Origin: Moniliella sp. 'wahieum'
Lineage: Eukaryota
Direction of reading: 5' to 3'
NCBI GenBank assembly: GCA_003971905.1
Contig: RSEE01000087.1
Span: 62,001-126,000, forward strand
Length of the DNA: 64,000 bases
The notes under the pieces are model-generated. The model had not been told where the DNA came from. It made no database searches and saw only the letters and a program-made list of their open reading frames with translations. Below, piece by piece: positions 1 through 14,300 of this stretch (its first letter is position 1; every line of letters begins with the position of its first letter). A program made the translations under genes and the position numbers.

Positions 1-434
1 GTTGGTCCGTTAGCCGGTTTTGCTCGTCGTAGGACATGAGAGCCACGGCCGTGTAACAATGGGGTACGAAGGTCTAACGTGTAAACCCTTGTGCGAGACC
101 GTGTGCGACCGTGCGCCCGTGAGACCGTGAGACCGTATGACCGTGGGGTACGGGATGTAGGGGGGCACCGGCTCGCAGTTATTGGCCGGTTATTAGCGTT
201 GAAGAGTGAATTGGCAAGCGCGTCTCAGAGAAGAAAGAAAAGAAAGGACAAAAGAATCGAGAGAAAGGGGAAACGGACATACGAACTCAGGTACTATAGT
301 ACACCCAGTACTATTAGCTGGGTACTAGTACTAACGGTATACGAGTTGGCCACGTTGACGTTGACCTGCGCCCTGGAGGAGAGGAGGAGGTTGCGAAAAA
401 GCGTTGACGCGTTGGGAGTTTTGAGAGAACTTGT
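1..434 (-). CDS. Possible spliced gene running off the left edge, with an 11-nt micro-exon; product unknown
   Basis: Minus-strand donors GTATAC (342) and GTATGT (282), TAG acceptors (294, 74) and a GCTAAT branch-like motif. Joining 434-343, 293-283 and 73-1 gives an open frame ...TWPT-LPEF-TFVPHCYTAVALMSYDEQNRLTDQ. No family recognised. Confidence 0.25.
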
Positions 435-2967
435 CTGATCTCTGATCTTGACGTTCAATGAACTTGGACCGTTGATAAGGTGGATGGATACCTTTGGATT
501 GCGAATTGGCTGGACCTATCACACATGTGGCTATAACATGTGAGCTCAGCCACTCACGTGCACTGACCGCGCTAATGCCAATCAACGTTACCAGTTACTC
601 TAGGTTAGACATTTTGGAAAGTGCCAAAAGCTGTGACATGTGATGTACTGACCGGCCACTGACCACAGAGACTGAGAGTACTCAATACTCAACACTGTGA
701 GTACTGATGCATGGCTGGGCGTACCGCGTACGGCACACGATGTGGGGTTGCATGTGGTGCAATGGTCCAATGGCGCAGACCGTTGAACGTTGAACGTTGA
801 CGTGACCTACTCAACATGTCACCGAGGACGGCATCTGCGGTACCCGTACCCGGTCCAGAAAGACTGGTGTGATGGTATACAGGATACAAATCACACTGAA
901 TCGGTGTTATATTCCGCGTGCATTGCTCCGCGCTCCACTGGGTACGATGAAGCACATACCAGCATGCTCAGGTGCTCAGTATTCAATGACAACGATGATA
1001 ACGAGAGGGGAGCGAGAGGAGCACGACCTGTCCAATATAGCGAGTGTTGGGTGAGCGACGAACGTTGAATGTATGAACACTGAGTACTCAGACTGAGTGC
1101 TGAACCGTTGAACGCTGAACGCTGGCGTTGGCGCGTTGGGGAGGATACGTTCTAAGAAGGGAGATGCGTTAGCCGTGAATTGGCTGCGATGGGGCGTTAA
1201 GCTTTACGCTTTGCAATGGATTGAATTACGGCGGAACGAAAAGAGGTTTCAAGTAGAAGGACGTGTTTGACAGTGGGTGGAAATTAAGCAGGAAGGAGAG
1301 TCAAGCTTCAAGGCAGAGTAGCTTTTGAGGTTGAGGTTTTGTGCCGAAACGAATACTGCGTGGTGAGGTGGATGATCGAGAGAGGATGATCGATGGGCGG
1401 TCGGGCGCTGACTAGCTCACTAGCTCACTAGCACTGAGCCAGACACGGCCCAAAGGAATAAGAATAGGAGCGGTCTTAGATCTTACCCGTGCTGGACCAG
1501 TGTCGCGGCTGGGCCTACATAGTGGGTGTCATTGAGCCGTGTTGCATCACAAGCATACGCGTTACGACGTTAAGCATGACGCATCTTTTACCAGGTACCG
1601 TTCCCCCCACCGGCAGGTCGTCGTTGGGGCATCTTTACTCTGAGAGGGCAGTGTGAGATGGGCGATGTGTGATGGATGGTGTGGATGATGGGGACGATGC
1701 AGGATGGTCCAGATCTTGGCGCGGGGTGGAAGACAGGGGGTGATTAATGGGACACCAAGTGGCGGTGGTAGAGGGCCAGAAGCTAGCAGAGCCCCACCGT
1801 CCTCTATGGGGGCGGAGGGTGCGATTGCAGCAGACAAGGGGTAGCGGTTATGAGCGGTGGCCAGTGATTAATGATTAATGATTGGCTAGTTGCATTGTTG
1901 AAACTTGAAGCCTTTTTAGTTTTTTTGGATGTTTGGTTTGGTTGCAATTTGGTGTGGGTGGGAGGCGCGGGGGGAGTGAAAGGTGAACGCTGAGACGAGG
2001 GGATGGAGGAGTGGGAAGCGGGGCGCGAGTCGTGTGACGTGAGGGTGACGGGGCCCGAGACGAGTGGCTGGTGCGGTGAGGATGAGTGCGAACGTCTGGA
2101 GGGTGAGTGTGGAGGGTGAGTGCTGGCCAGAGTGGCTCGATGCGGGCCAGAGGGGAGCGGCGGGACAGAGGAGGTGAGTGCTACGTAGTAGGAGCGGGAG
2201 TAGCTTGGGCCATAATGCTGTACGTACCAGGGTGCTGGGTGCGGGCAAAGCCGGAGCGCTGGATTTGGGCTGGGACGCTGCTGGGGGCCCATCGCCCCGA
2301 GTGGTGTGGTGGTGGCGATGGGCGACGGGCGACAGGCGATGGGCGATGGGCGATGGACCGTGAGCAATGAAATGAACCAGGCGGTGAGTGTTGCGGCGCG
2401 GCGGAAAGACGGCCGACGGAGGCCAAGTGGGAGCGGTGGGATGAATGTTGCAAATGGGCGTGAATTCTCAAGCTGCCTGGGCGGCTGGCCAACGCAAAGC
2501 AAAGCAAAGCGGAGTAGTTGTGCGCTGGGTGGCTGAGCGGACGGAGGGGACGGAGGGGACGGAGGGGACGGAGCGTACTGAGCACTGAGCACGGAGCACC
2601 CAATCGCCCAGAGGCAGTGCGCGGGACAAAGTAACCGCTAAGAGCAGAGCAGGCGGATGCGATAATCGATAATCCAAACGCAGCCCAGACGAGCATTCAT
2701 ATTCAACCTTCACCCAGCCCCCCCAGTCACGCATCACCGCACACCTCCCTTCTCCCGTCTCGCCTCGGCGCAACCAAACCCACACTCCAGCCCTTGGTCC
2801 GCCACCACCACAGCCGCCATCACCACCACCACCACCTCCACCTCCACCACTAACCACCACCTCCACCACTAATCACCACCTCCGCCCCTGCATGCTGTCC
2901 CGCCGCCCGTCTAATCCCCCCCCCCACCTCTGCCAGCGGCCCCGCTGCCTTTGCTGCCTTTGCTGCC

Positions 2968-5900
2968 ATGCCCCTCCCTCCCTCCACCCCCTCGTCCCTG
3001 TCCCACGCCCGCCCCGCCGCACCTCCGTCTCTGTCGCCTCCCTTTCCCGCCGCTCCTCCGACCCCCGCCTGCCTCCCTCCACCACCACCACCCCCGCCTG
3101 GCGCCTCCACCCCCCGCCCGCCTCCCGGCTCCATTGACATCCCCACCCCCTCTCCCTCCTCCTCCTCCCGCCCCGACCGAGACGCCCTCGCCTTTTCTGT
3201 CCCGGCGCCTCTGTCCTCGTCCACCACCTATCCCGGCGACGTCGACGGCGAAGACAGCTTTGCCAAGCACCTCCGCCACCGTTGCGCGCGCCCTGCCCCC
3301 ATGCACCGACGCGCCTCCGCCGCCCCGCGCCGAGGGCCAGCCTCCGCCTCTGCCGCTACTTCTCTGCCTCGCCCTCTGCCTCCGGCACGCCATCCAGCCA
3401 CTCGCGCCGCCGCCGCCCCACACGCAAAAAGCCGGTCTGCTCGGTGGGTTTGCCAGCTTGGGCCTCGATTCGGACCGGGACATTGCGTCGCTGGATGCCA
3501 ACTGCTAGCCCGCGCGCTGCGGAGTGCATGAGCGATGCGCCTTCAGAACAAGCCACCCCTGCCAGCTCTAGTGCTGCCAGTACTGGTTCCCACAGCCGCA
3601 CCCCCACACCAAGCCACAGCCACAGCCACAGCACAGCCCCTTGTCCCTCCAACCTGGAGCCCGACACTGACTCGCTGTACGAGACCCGTCTCTCGATGGC
3701 GCTTCGACATGGAATGCTAGTTGGACGAGAGGGATACGTGGGACAATGCGCATGGGTGCGATCTTGGTACCCGCGCCCGCTGCGCGGGGATGCGACGCAA
3801 GGTGCCCAGCTGTGCTGGATGTACCTGTCGATGACGAGATGGCGCTTCTTTCGATTGATGTTGGTTCGCTTTCGGATTGGACGGCGGTGGTGCTTGCACC
3901 TGTTGGTGGGGATGGGAGCTCGGGCGTCTGCCAAGGCAGGTCGAGCGACATGGCACTTGCTTCATGGGCATTTGCCTGGCACACTAAACATGATCCTGTC
4001 TGGATGGCCATGCCATTGGAGCTTGTGCAACTACCATCGGACCACCCTTTCCATCCGCACGCTCCACTACCGTTTCCGGTCGTCATTGCCCGGCCAGCCA
4101 TTCTGCAGAGCGACCAAACGTTGCCCGACACACCTTGCCTCTCTCCCGAAGCCAGCGGGCAGTCCAGTCGATCTTCCGCCGACGATTCGCCCACCGCGCC
4201 CGACGCAGCTACCACGACGAGCTCGTTGGAGGAGCTGGCGGGAAACGTGGCACCATCCGCACGTGGCAAGCCACCTACACCTACCTCCTTTACCTCTGCC
4301 CCCCCCTGGCAAGGCGAGCCAAGCCAAGGTGCCCATCAGCATGTTTGCTCGGAAAAAGTGCAGTCTGGCAGTACGACTGATGGTGGCTGAGCACACGGTT
4401 CGGATTGTGTTATCGAACGACCCTACGTTCCAAGATCAACGCCAAGTCGTCTACGGACCTCCTTCAGTTTTCCGCGGCCGGTTTTTTAGCTGGCAAGAGT
4501 CTACGGAACGGAGACGAGGAGCGCAATCCCGGGTTCGATCCGTACCTTTTGGTTGGGTACAATGGGGAGCCCGATGTGCCCGATGTACCCGATGTACCTG
4601 ATGTGCCCGGAGTGTCGACAACGGATTTGACCAGTGTGACCAGTGGCACTGCGACGCCGCTGCAGGGTGAGGGGGAGGGCGAGGGATCGGGCACGTCGAC
4701 GCCGGACGAAAGTCGGTCTCGTGGTCGAGCTCGTCTTCGGCTGTTTACTGCGCACACCCATGGTACGCCCCATCTTAGTTCGCACCCTCGTCCGCGCGCG
4801 CACTCCACCCGTCCCTCACTGCCTAAGGGGTACCAAGCGTACGCCCACCACGCGCTGCAGGACGAAGAGGCATTTGGGTCGGTGGCACCGCGTTCGCCTA
4901 GTGCTTCACGCAAGGTCCACGTAGGCCTTTCGCTCTTACCCCATGCTCGTCCTGCTCCATCTGCCTGGCCTGCAGGCACCACAACCACGCCCACACCCAC
5001 GCCCACAACCACAACCACGGCCACAGGCGCAGGCACAGGGAATGGCAGCCCTACGACGTTCGGAGATCCCACCTCCTTCTCCCTTTCGCGCAACAGTTCC
5101 CCATCCACCACTGCGTCGTACGGGTACCGACGGACCGGGTCCGGCTCGCATCCCTTCGCGCGCTGCGTCCCGTACGCCCTCACGAGCACCTTCCTCTCGT
5201 GCCGGATCGTCCCGTGCCACTTCGCGTGCGCCCTCGCGCACCGCCTCGTCTCGTATTGGATCCCGCACCGCCTCTCCCCCACACCCATCACGCCCTAGTC
5301 CACACCCCCCATATGCACCCTCATACGCATACGCATACGCATACGCGTATGGGTGGGGCACGCACAACGTCCCCCCCCGTACGGCGGGATGCGCTTACGG
5401 CCTCTCCCCGCCCGGCGGGCGGGTTTGGGTCCGGAGGCGGTCCGGCTGGCGCAGCACCCGGTGCAGTCGTCACGGTTGCTGCGGCGGCCGAGTCGGTACA
5501 GGAAGCTTGGTCTCACCTCTCGGCTGCACTGCATCACCATGCGTACGGTCACCCGCCCCCGTCCGCTGGTGAGGACAAAGATAAAGACCAAGACCAGGAC
5601 AAACTGAAGGACAAACTGAAGGACAAGGAAAGAGTCCAGGATAAGGACACGGACAAGTCAACAGAACCGGATCAGGCGAAAGATAAGTCGAAAGAGGGGG
5701 AATGGACAAGGACCTCTTTCGCCAGCGGAAGAACTTCCCGTTCTTCCTCGGAGGACAAGTCGCGTGCGCTTCATGCGCTTCGTCCTTGGATTGGCCTGGG
5801 AAGTGGGCACCACGATGCCCCCGCCCGGATCGGAACGCCTCCGATCTTGTCGCAAAGTGCCACGGTGATGGGTATCACCACTAACCCCAGTGGTCCCAGT

Positions 5901-8900
5901 GGCCCCAGTAACCCCAGTGGCCCCAGTGGCAGCAGTAACCCCAATGGCCCCAGTGGCCCCAATGGTCCCAGTGGTCCCAGTGGCAGCAGTAGGACTGGGG
6001 GGACCCGGTATCTCCGCTTGCGGCGCAGGAGGATGCGCATCCGGTGCGGCGGGACCGGAGCTGGATCACCCGTTTGAGCCTCAAACGCTCCCACCATCCT
6101 TCGGCGCACCAGCTCAAAGCCAGTCCTAGCACACCAGAGTATGCTGATGGTACGTACCCCCCTTCCTTCTCTCTCTCCTTCTCTCCTTCTCCTTCTCTCC
6201 TTCTCTCCTTCTCTCCTTCTTTCCTTCTCTCCTCTCTCCTTCTATCGTTCTCGTTCTCGTTCTCGTTCTCGTTCTCGTTCTCCTTCCCCCGCTTTTCGTC
6301 GCTGCCTCATACGTCCTCTTGGACCGTGGCACGCTAGTGACCATGTGACGTGACCTTGAGCTTGAGTTTGAGCTTGAGCTTGACCTGGACTGACTCGCGT
6401 TCTCACTCTGCACCTACAGCCTCACCACTTGCGCATGCGCACACCCGCACCGTAGCCGAGACCAAACCAGGTCCGGGCCATCGCTCTCCGCTCTCTCCGC
6501 GTCCGGTCAGCCAGTGCGATGCGCACGTTGATGCCTTCCTCACCGTCGTTGCGCCCGTTACTCAAACGTGATGGCCATACGTCTCGAGACGTGCCGCCCC
6601 ATTGGCCCTCACCCACCTCTGCCACTGCCTCTGCCTCTGCCACCGGGACCGGCACTGCCTCTGCACCGGGACCGGCACTGCCTCTGCCACCGGCACTGCC
6701 TCGGCCCTCCGCCTCCGCTTGCCCTTCGCCCGGACCGATCCCGTCCCGCCCGCGCGTTTGTCCGTCGAGACGCCGCCACCGCGCCCGAGCAGCCCTTGCG
6801 CCCTGTGCGGACGAGGACCGGATCGGGATCAGGATCGGTGTCGGTGTCGGGGTCGGGGTTGGCGCCGGGATTGGGATTGGGAGTGAGGTCGAGGTCGGGA
6901 TCGGGACGGGACCGAGGTTCGCATGGCTCGCGTGGCTCGCATTCTATTTCCCCTCCTGGTGATTCGGAGGGCACGCACGGTTGGTCCCTTTCTTTGCCGT
7001 TGCACAGGCCCGCTTGGCCTGAAGCCAGGGCTAAGTCTGGGTCTGGGTCTGGGACTGGGTCTGGTCTGGTGTTGGGGTTGGGTCTGGGACTGGGACTGGG
7101 ACTGGCTCGCCTCCGGCTTCCCACCCTTTGTTGCCTGTTGCATCGGCTCCGTGTCCCGCTCCTGCGGCTTGGTCCCACGGCCCGCCCCACCCGATTGGCT
7201 GTTCGGCCGCGCATAGCGTTTCCTCCAGTGGTCTCACGCTTACTTTGGGCCGGACGGCGGGACAGGAGGAGGCAAGTGGTGCTGCCGCTCCCAATGCCGC
7301 TGCGTCCACTGGTGGTGCGGCTGCTGGTCCTGCAGCTTCCGTCGGGTCTACGCCACCTGGTCCCGTGGGAGGGCAAGTTCCTGCTCCCCCAACGCCGGGG
7401 CGCACGTTCGATTATGGCCCACTCACTCTCCTCCACCGCCAAGGTTCTCCACATCCACACCCACTCCACGCCCACTCCCACCCTCACGCTCAGTCTCACG
7501 ATACGAAGCACGACGACGGTTCGGACGCTTGCTCTTCCCCCTTCCCGCGCAGTCCAGTAATAAAGCGTCGGTGGGAAGGAGCGCGAGTCCACACGGCTTG
7601 GCACTTACCAGTGCTCCTTCGAGTGGAGCTACAAGTGCATCTCCCGCTGTCCCATGGTCTCGAGCATCTCGAGCAGCGGAACTAGCTCGCCAATCCACAT
7701 GGTCCAATCTTCCCCCTGTGCCTCTTCCGGGCGAAGTGGGGGGAGGCCCCCCGTCACTCGCTCGACGCATTCCAACAGTCTCTCCACATCCAGTGCACGT
7801 TACCTCTCCTGGACGGGGCACAAACGTAACCGCGTGCTACACCTGTGCCTGTGCCTGCACCGCACCCCCTATGCATCCGCATCCGCCTATGCGTCCCCAC
7901 GCTGCTTCCCTCTCCTCGTTGCCGATCCACCTTCCCCCCTCTCGCTCGGCCTGGGACCCACTCGTGCTCGCGCTGCCTCACCGACACCGAACTGGGCTCT
8001 GCACCGACCACTTCTACTCCCCACCACCACTCCCACCACCGCCACAGCCACAACGGCCACTCCAACTCCTACTGCCACTCCCAGTAGCGCCACGACGTCA
8101 GCGCCATGGGAAGACCTCCCGTTATTCTGTCCGCCCACGCGTCCACTCACCTCGACGCCGACCGAACGGGAACGGGAACGCCCACAGGCACGCCCACGGG
8201 GACAGGAACGGGGACGGGGACGGGGACAGGGACGTACGTGCCCAGTTCGTTGGGTGGCGGTGGTCGGCTGGGTCGCCCGAACCTGTGCTGGCCTCGCCCG
8301 ACCAGGATCTGGACCAAAACCTGGACCAGGACCAGGACATGGACCAGGACTTGGAGCGCAGCTCGGCCCCGGTGGGCAAGGCCCAGCTTGCCTCGGACCC
8401 TGCGCCCGTCGACGCTGCGTGTGCAGGTGAGTGTGGGTGTGCTGGGTCGTCGGGGCGGCGCAGCCCGGGTGGACATAGTCCTGCTCCTGCTCCTGCTCCT
8501 GCTCCTAGTACCACGCCTGCGCAGGAGGAAGTGCAGCCCGAGTCGGTGCGGACCAGCACGGAAGGCGTTCGAGCGGGCGGGCCGAGGATGGCCAGCTTCG
8601 AACGCGATGCAGATGCGATTGCGCCGTGGGACGCGATGGAACGTACCTGGTCCTCTGCCCCACCTTGGGCCTCCACTCCAACCGCCAACCTTGCCCAGGA
8701 TCCTGCCCATCCCACGTCCACGTCGCACGCACCAATGTGCGCTCCCTTGGAGGTTGAACCGTATACGATGCACGTGCCTATTCCTCTGCCCTTGGGGGAC
8801 GATTTGTTATTGGCCAACGTACCTCGATCTACCTCTTCGTCCTCTTCCTCTGTGCCCTGCGCCCTCTGTGTCCCGCTCTGTGCCTGAACGCGTCGCGCCA

Positions 8901-9869
8901 GGGGGAAAGCGTACGCCGCACCCGGTTCGCTGGTTGCGCGTAGCCTACACGCCGTTTAGTCAGGACGCCGATCCCCCTACATCTGCATCTGCATCTGGGC
9001 CTGGTTCTGCATCTGGGCCTGGGTCTGCGTCGGCGCCTACGTCGGCACATGCGTTCCGCGTCACAGCTCAGTTGTGCCCGGCCCCGCTTGGCGTCGGGTT
9101 TGCTCCCTACGTTCCTTGGCCCGGATCCCGCCCTCCGCCTGGTCCTCGTACTGGTACGCACACGGGCACGGGCACGGGCACGGGCACTGAGACTGCTCCT
9201 GCTCCCACTTCTACGGCCGAGGCTTCTTCCGTTGAGCCAGAGATTGGCTCCAGTGCCGGTGCGAGTGCGAGTGCGAGTGCGAGTGGTGCGGGCGCGGATG
9301 ATCAAGTGGGTGCGCGGGGTGCCTCTTCCGGACCGGAAGCGGAAGTGGAACGGGAGGCGGGAGGGGGAGGGGCGAAAGGCCAGGACCGCGGTACAGGTCC
9401 CGGGCTGGATGGGAGACGGGTTGCGCTGGACTCGGTGCAGGCGAAGGCCAAGGCGGACAAGCGACTGCCAGGGGGGCATGGGCCAGATGGGCACGACGGA
9501 CATCATGGCAAAGATGGCAAAGATTGGGGAGATGGAGGAGATTGGGAAGATGGAGGAGATTGGGAAGATGAGATGGGCTTACCGGCGCCCATGTCGTTTC
9601 CTACCGTGCTGGGCTTTTGTACCGCGGCGCGGCACCTCGAGCTCATTCCGGACGGGTGGAATGCGTTGGGATGTCCGTTGCCCGTGTCGTCGTTGGTTCT
9701 CGCGCGCGGTGCAGGTGCGGGTATGGGTGCGGGTCCAGGCACGGCCAGTGGAGCTGCAACTGGCGCTGGAGTTGGACCTGGAGTTGGAGTTGGACCTGGG
9801 GCACGAAGGGTGTGGTACGGTGTGCCGGACTTGATTCTGGCCGGGGCGATGATCATGATGGACTTGTAA
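2968..9869 (+). CDS. Very large low-complexity protein of unknown function with an ordered C-terminal domain; multiple frameshifts; may be more than one gene
   Basis: Chain of overlapping + strand ORFs rich in P/S/T/G and dipeptide repeats. Intron 6150-6419 (GTACGT..CTGAC..TACAG). Globular-looking segments at 3680-4030, 4390-4570 and at the C-terminus ([12 protein letters not shown]...FPTVLGFC...[13 protein letters not shown]...[15 protein letters not shown]). Start uncertain. Confidence 0.55.
6165..6285. repeat. Intronic pyrimidine microsatellite, (TCTCCTTC)-like followed by (TCGTTC)n
   Basis: Tandem CT-rich repeats directly visible inside intron 6150-6419. Confidence 0.85.
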
Positions 9870-11347
9870 GCCCGCCATGCATTTGCCCATCTACCCTTTC
9901 TTCCCTGTTCCTCTTCCCTTGCCCTTTTGCCCTCTTCCCTGTTCCTATTCCCTATGCCCTCATCCCTATGCAATTTCCCCTTTTCCTTGTACTCTGCACT
10001 CGGCCCTCTTCCTTTCTTGCCATCTTCGCTTGCCCTCTCGCCCTGCGTTTGCGCTTGCCTTGCCCCGCTTAGCGCTGATTCCCCCTCTGCTGGATGGACA
10101 CTGTGTCTTGGGCTTGAAGTTTTGCATCTAGTTTCTGCATGTGTTTTTGGTTTGCGGGTGTGGGGTTGGGCTTGGCTGGTTGTAGTGGTAGGTGCGTGTG
10201 TGGTGGGTGGGGAACGTCTGGGTGGGGTGGTGCAGAGGACGAGGACGAGGACGCGATGGGATTGACAATTGACGTGACTATGGACAGCAATTGACATGCT
10301 CTGAGTGACTACGAGTGACATGTGACACGGCATCACACCACAAGCAACAGCAGCCGTCACATGCATCACATGGCACTGCGACTGAAGGTATTTTTTAGTG
10401 ACGTGTGGCAGCTGTGCGCCTGTCGGGCATGTCGGCCCCGAAGAGGGCCCGAGTGGCCAACCCTACCGCTCCAAACGGGGCGCCGGTGCCGGGGCCGGGC
10501 AGACCGCGGACGCGGGCGGGGGAGCGGCAGGGAAGCAGGGCGGGGCCTGGACGGTGTGGGATGGGCGACGTGGCTCATCGGATGCGCTCGGATCGAAGAT
10601 CGCAGACGGGAGATCGATGAGATCATGAGATCTGGTGGTGTGACGTGTGACATGTGATGCATGATGCATGATGGTTGAGCCTCAACACTGATTAGGGTGA
10701 TTACGCGATGGCGATGCATGGTGCCTGACGCTGCGCGGAAGCGCTGAGGCTTGCTGCTGCGCTGCCGCCACCCGATCGCGTCGTGGCCCTGCAGCGCCAA
10801 GGTGCGCCACGGCGGCCCGCCCAGCGCGGGGGGTGCAAGCCTCTGCCCGCCGCTCGGAGCCCAGCAGCGCCAACCGCCGCCGAGGCCGCATTGGGGCAGT
10901 CCGCGCAAGGCGCTCGCACTGTGTGAGTGGGACGCGGTGCGCAGCCGAGCCGGCGGCCGGGCAGTCTCCACCCGCGGTCCGGACCGCAGGACGAACGCGA
11001 AGAGGCGCAGGAACACGCCGTGTGTGCAGTGTGCGGCGTGCTGCTGCAGCTGCCCATGGCCTCGGCTCGCATCGATCGCACGAACCCTGGGGATGGGTGA
11101 TGCTCACCGGTCTCCTCGACTGCGCCTCTCGCTCCTGCGCTGCTCTGCGCTGCTCTGCGCTGCTCTGCGCTGCTCGCCTTCAGCCCAAGCAGCAATCAGC
11201 ACCCAGCAATCAGCACCCAGCAATCAGCACGGTCGTGTGGTGTGGTCCGCAGGGCGACGCTGGGCCGGAGCATCCTCCATCCCCATCCGTCGCCGGCGCT
11301 CCCTTCCTCCCCGTTGCCGCCGTCTCCTCTCCTCCTCCACCCGCCCC

Positions 11348-14300
11348 ATGCCACCGCCCCCACTGCCCCACGCCTACCCCCCACCCCCCTCGCCCACCTC
11401 CACCACTCCCGCCCCCCCGATCACGACGACGACGACGACGACGACGATGTGCCCTTGGTCAAAAAGCTCGGCCTCCATTCGCCCCTCCCGCCGCTCCCCC
11501 TGGCTGCCCTGGCCATCCTCCCCCCGCTCCGCCGCCGCCGCCGCCCCCGCTCCTGCCTACTCCCTCCTCCCTCCTCCCCAGGAGGCGGCCCGCGACACCC
11601 AAGCTCTCTCGCCCTCCTTGTCCTCCTCACCGCCCTTCCGGCCCTCTACATCCTGCGCACCGCTCTTCATGCCAGCACGCGCCTCACCCCGGACACTGTC
11701 CTGCTCCCTACGACAGCTGACTCGGGCAGGCCCCTCAACGCGACCCGCCTCCTCGGCGGATTCCTCAGCTCGGTCGCATTCCAGCTCGTCGACCCTTACC
11801 GTCTTTCACGCTCTCGCGTCGATGACCAAACGCTCTATGCGCCCCCACTCGATATCGATCTGCCCAAGCAGAGCAAATCGGGCTGGGCCATCAACCCCAA
11901 CTCGGACGACCTGGGCCGTATGTACGGTACAGATGGCGTGAACCCCTCGCTGCTCTTTTCGCCACAATGGGCGACGGAACATAGCCTGACTGCCGTGCCT
12001 GCCTACCGGGCCATTACGGAAGACGACGACTGTCTGGTCCAATGGGTAGCCCAGGGCACGATCTGTGCCCGCCTGAACGACAAGTACGGTGCGCATCATG
12101 GTCTGAGCCCTGCGCCGTCCCACCTCCCCCCGATTGACATTGTGTTTACCTGGGTCAATGGTTCGGACCCGCTGCACGACCAGGCCAAGCAGTACTGGGC
12201 CTACTGTGTCAGTGCGCACGATGCCGAAGCAAGGAGCGAGTACTGTCCCAGCCCATTTACTTCTCGCCCCGGCTCGCCTGCTGGCGCACAGGCGCTCACG
12301 CTCGATGCGCACCACGCCACCAAATTCGCCCGCTTTGTCACGGACATTTACCCTGTACTTGTGCGTGCGGCCAAGGGGGTGCAGGATCGCCATTCCCACA
12401 TTCGGCGGTGGCGGGAAAAATCAATTGGGTACAGCTCCGAACGGTTTTTCGAGATGGACGAGTTACGGTACGCGATTCGGACCGCAGTTCAGTTCCTCCA
12501 ACACCTCGGCACGGTCCATATTATCTCGCCCGACTTTGGCGTAGCGGCGTTGGATGCGATGGCACAGGCGGAAGCTAAGCGCACCAACCGCCCTGTGCAC
12601 CAGATTATCCAACAACACGACCCATGGCTCGATCGGTACATTGATCCTGTTGATGGCTCGCACCGGGTGGGCCAGCGGCCCGGATGGCTGGACACGAACC
12701 GGTCTAGTGTGCTGGCTGGCCGGGCGGCGATGACCCAAGTGCGCCGGGACGAAGGAGGGCCGGAACTGCGCTTGCACCATGACTGGTCCCTGTTCCGTCC
12801 TGTGGCCGAGGAAGGGGCAGGGGTAGGAGCGCACAAGGCATCCGTGTTGCCCAGTTTCAATTCGATGGCAGTGGAGGCGGCGTTGGATCCTGGTGCTTCA
12901 GTGGAAGCAGGTGGATGGAGCGGGTTGGGCACGAGCGATACGCTGTTATTTTCCAACGATGATTTTTTCCTGCTGCGACCAGTGGGTCATGTGGACGTGC
13001 ACTCACCGTTGTATGGGCTATCGTTACGGTTCCAGCACGACTTGGTGGTGCAGGCCGCCAGTCCGCTCACCTGGTCCGCGGGGGGCGAGTGGCCCGGGCT
13101 TAAGATGGTGTCGAACGTGCTAGACGAGCGATTTGGACGGCGGACGCGACGGTACCCACAGCACGTGCACCGTAGTGCGTCGGCATCCTTGCTCCACGAG
13201 ACACGGTTGATGTTTCGGGAAGATGTGAGTGGTGCGATGCGCACGCGGTTCCGTGGGGTGGGCACGAACCTTGTCACGCACCAGCTGCTGCACAATACGA
13301 TTATTGAGCGGCACCGCGAAGCAGCGTTATGGTCGTACGTTATGCTCGTGCTCGACGCCAATGGGGACGGGGGTGGACCATGAGGAATTCCAAGTGCTGC
13401 GACGAAGTTTTCCACGCCACCACGTTTCGGGACACGATTTGCCGCCTGGACGTAACCAGGCCGAGGCTGAGGACGCGTACCGCCGCGCACACCCGGGTGG
13501 GCGACGGAAGAGCCGCACGCAGGTCGGTCGGAAGATAGGGTACGGACGCCGCGCCGCTCAACACTGCTTGGTTCCCAGGTACACGGTGCACATGCCGCGC
13601 TTGGCCTTGCGTCCCATGGCGCTGTGAGCACGTACCAGTTCAGCTCGTGGGACGGGTACGCGCTCGCGGGCCTCTATGCCAATGCGATCAATTTGTTTGG
13701 TCAGCGCAAGCCGGGAAAGGCAATGCAATGGCACGATGCTGGTTGGCCATGGTACTTGACCAACACTACCAATCTCACCTCCCCCATTTCTTCCTCTTCC
13801 TCTACCAACACCAACGCCAACTCCAACGGCAATGCTGTGCGGCCGCCCCCATGGGGCGCAGCGGACGACGGTCCGGCCCGGACGCCATTTATGGAAGAGA
13901 TGGACGAGCATGGCTCAGTGGCGTGTGCGGTGGAGTGGAAAGCGTGTTTGGTCGCGGACGGACTGGGGTGGATGAGCAGTAACGCCAGCACGGCCCGTTC
14001 GACTCAATGGGCTAGCGAACAAGTATTTACGCGCTTGGCATTTGAGCAGCCCCACTGTGGCGACTGCTTACTTACCCATCTCGTGGCTCTTTCTGGCGGT
14101 CGGGGATTAAGTGCCGTGTTACCTTCTCCCGATAAGCGTTTGCCCGGAGAGCGAAACAAGGATGTACACGGCACGACGATGCCTAGGCCGCTGGGCGAAC
14201 CGCATTTACCCTTGAGCCGAACCTGGTTATCACCTTCGTCTGCCCCAGCGGGCTGGCGTGGGGCTAACTTTTCCCTTGCGTCGGTGGCACAAGGTAGTGG

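Noticed and set aside
5885..5990. Regular 9-bp repeats (CCCAGTGGY) and other short arrays as CRISPR or collagen
   Set aside because: No unique spacers, eukaryotic context, no cas genes; a short coding minisatellite (PSG)n
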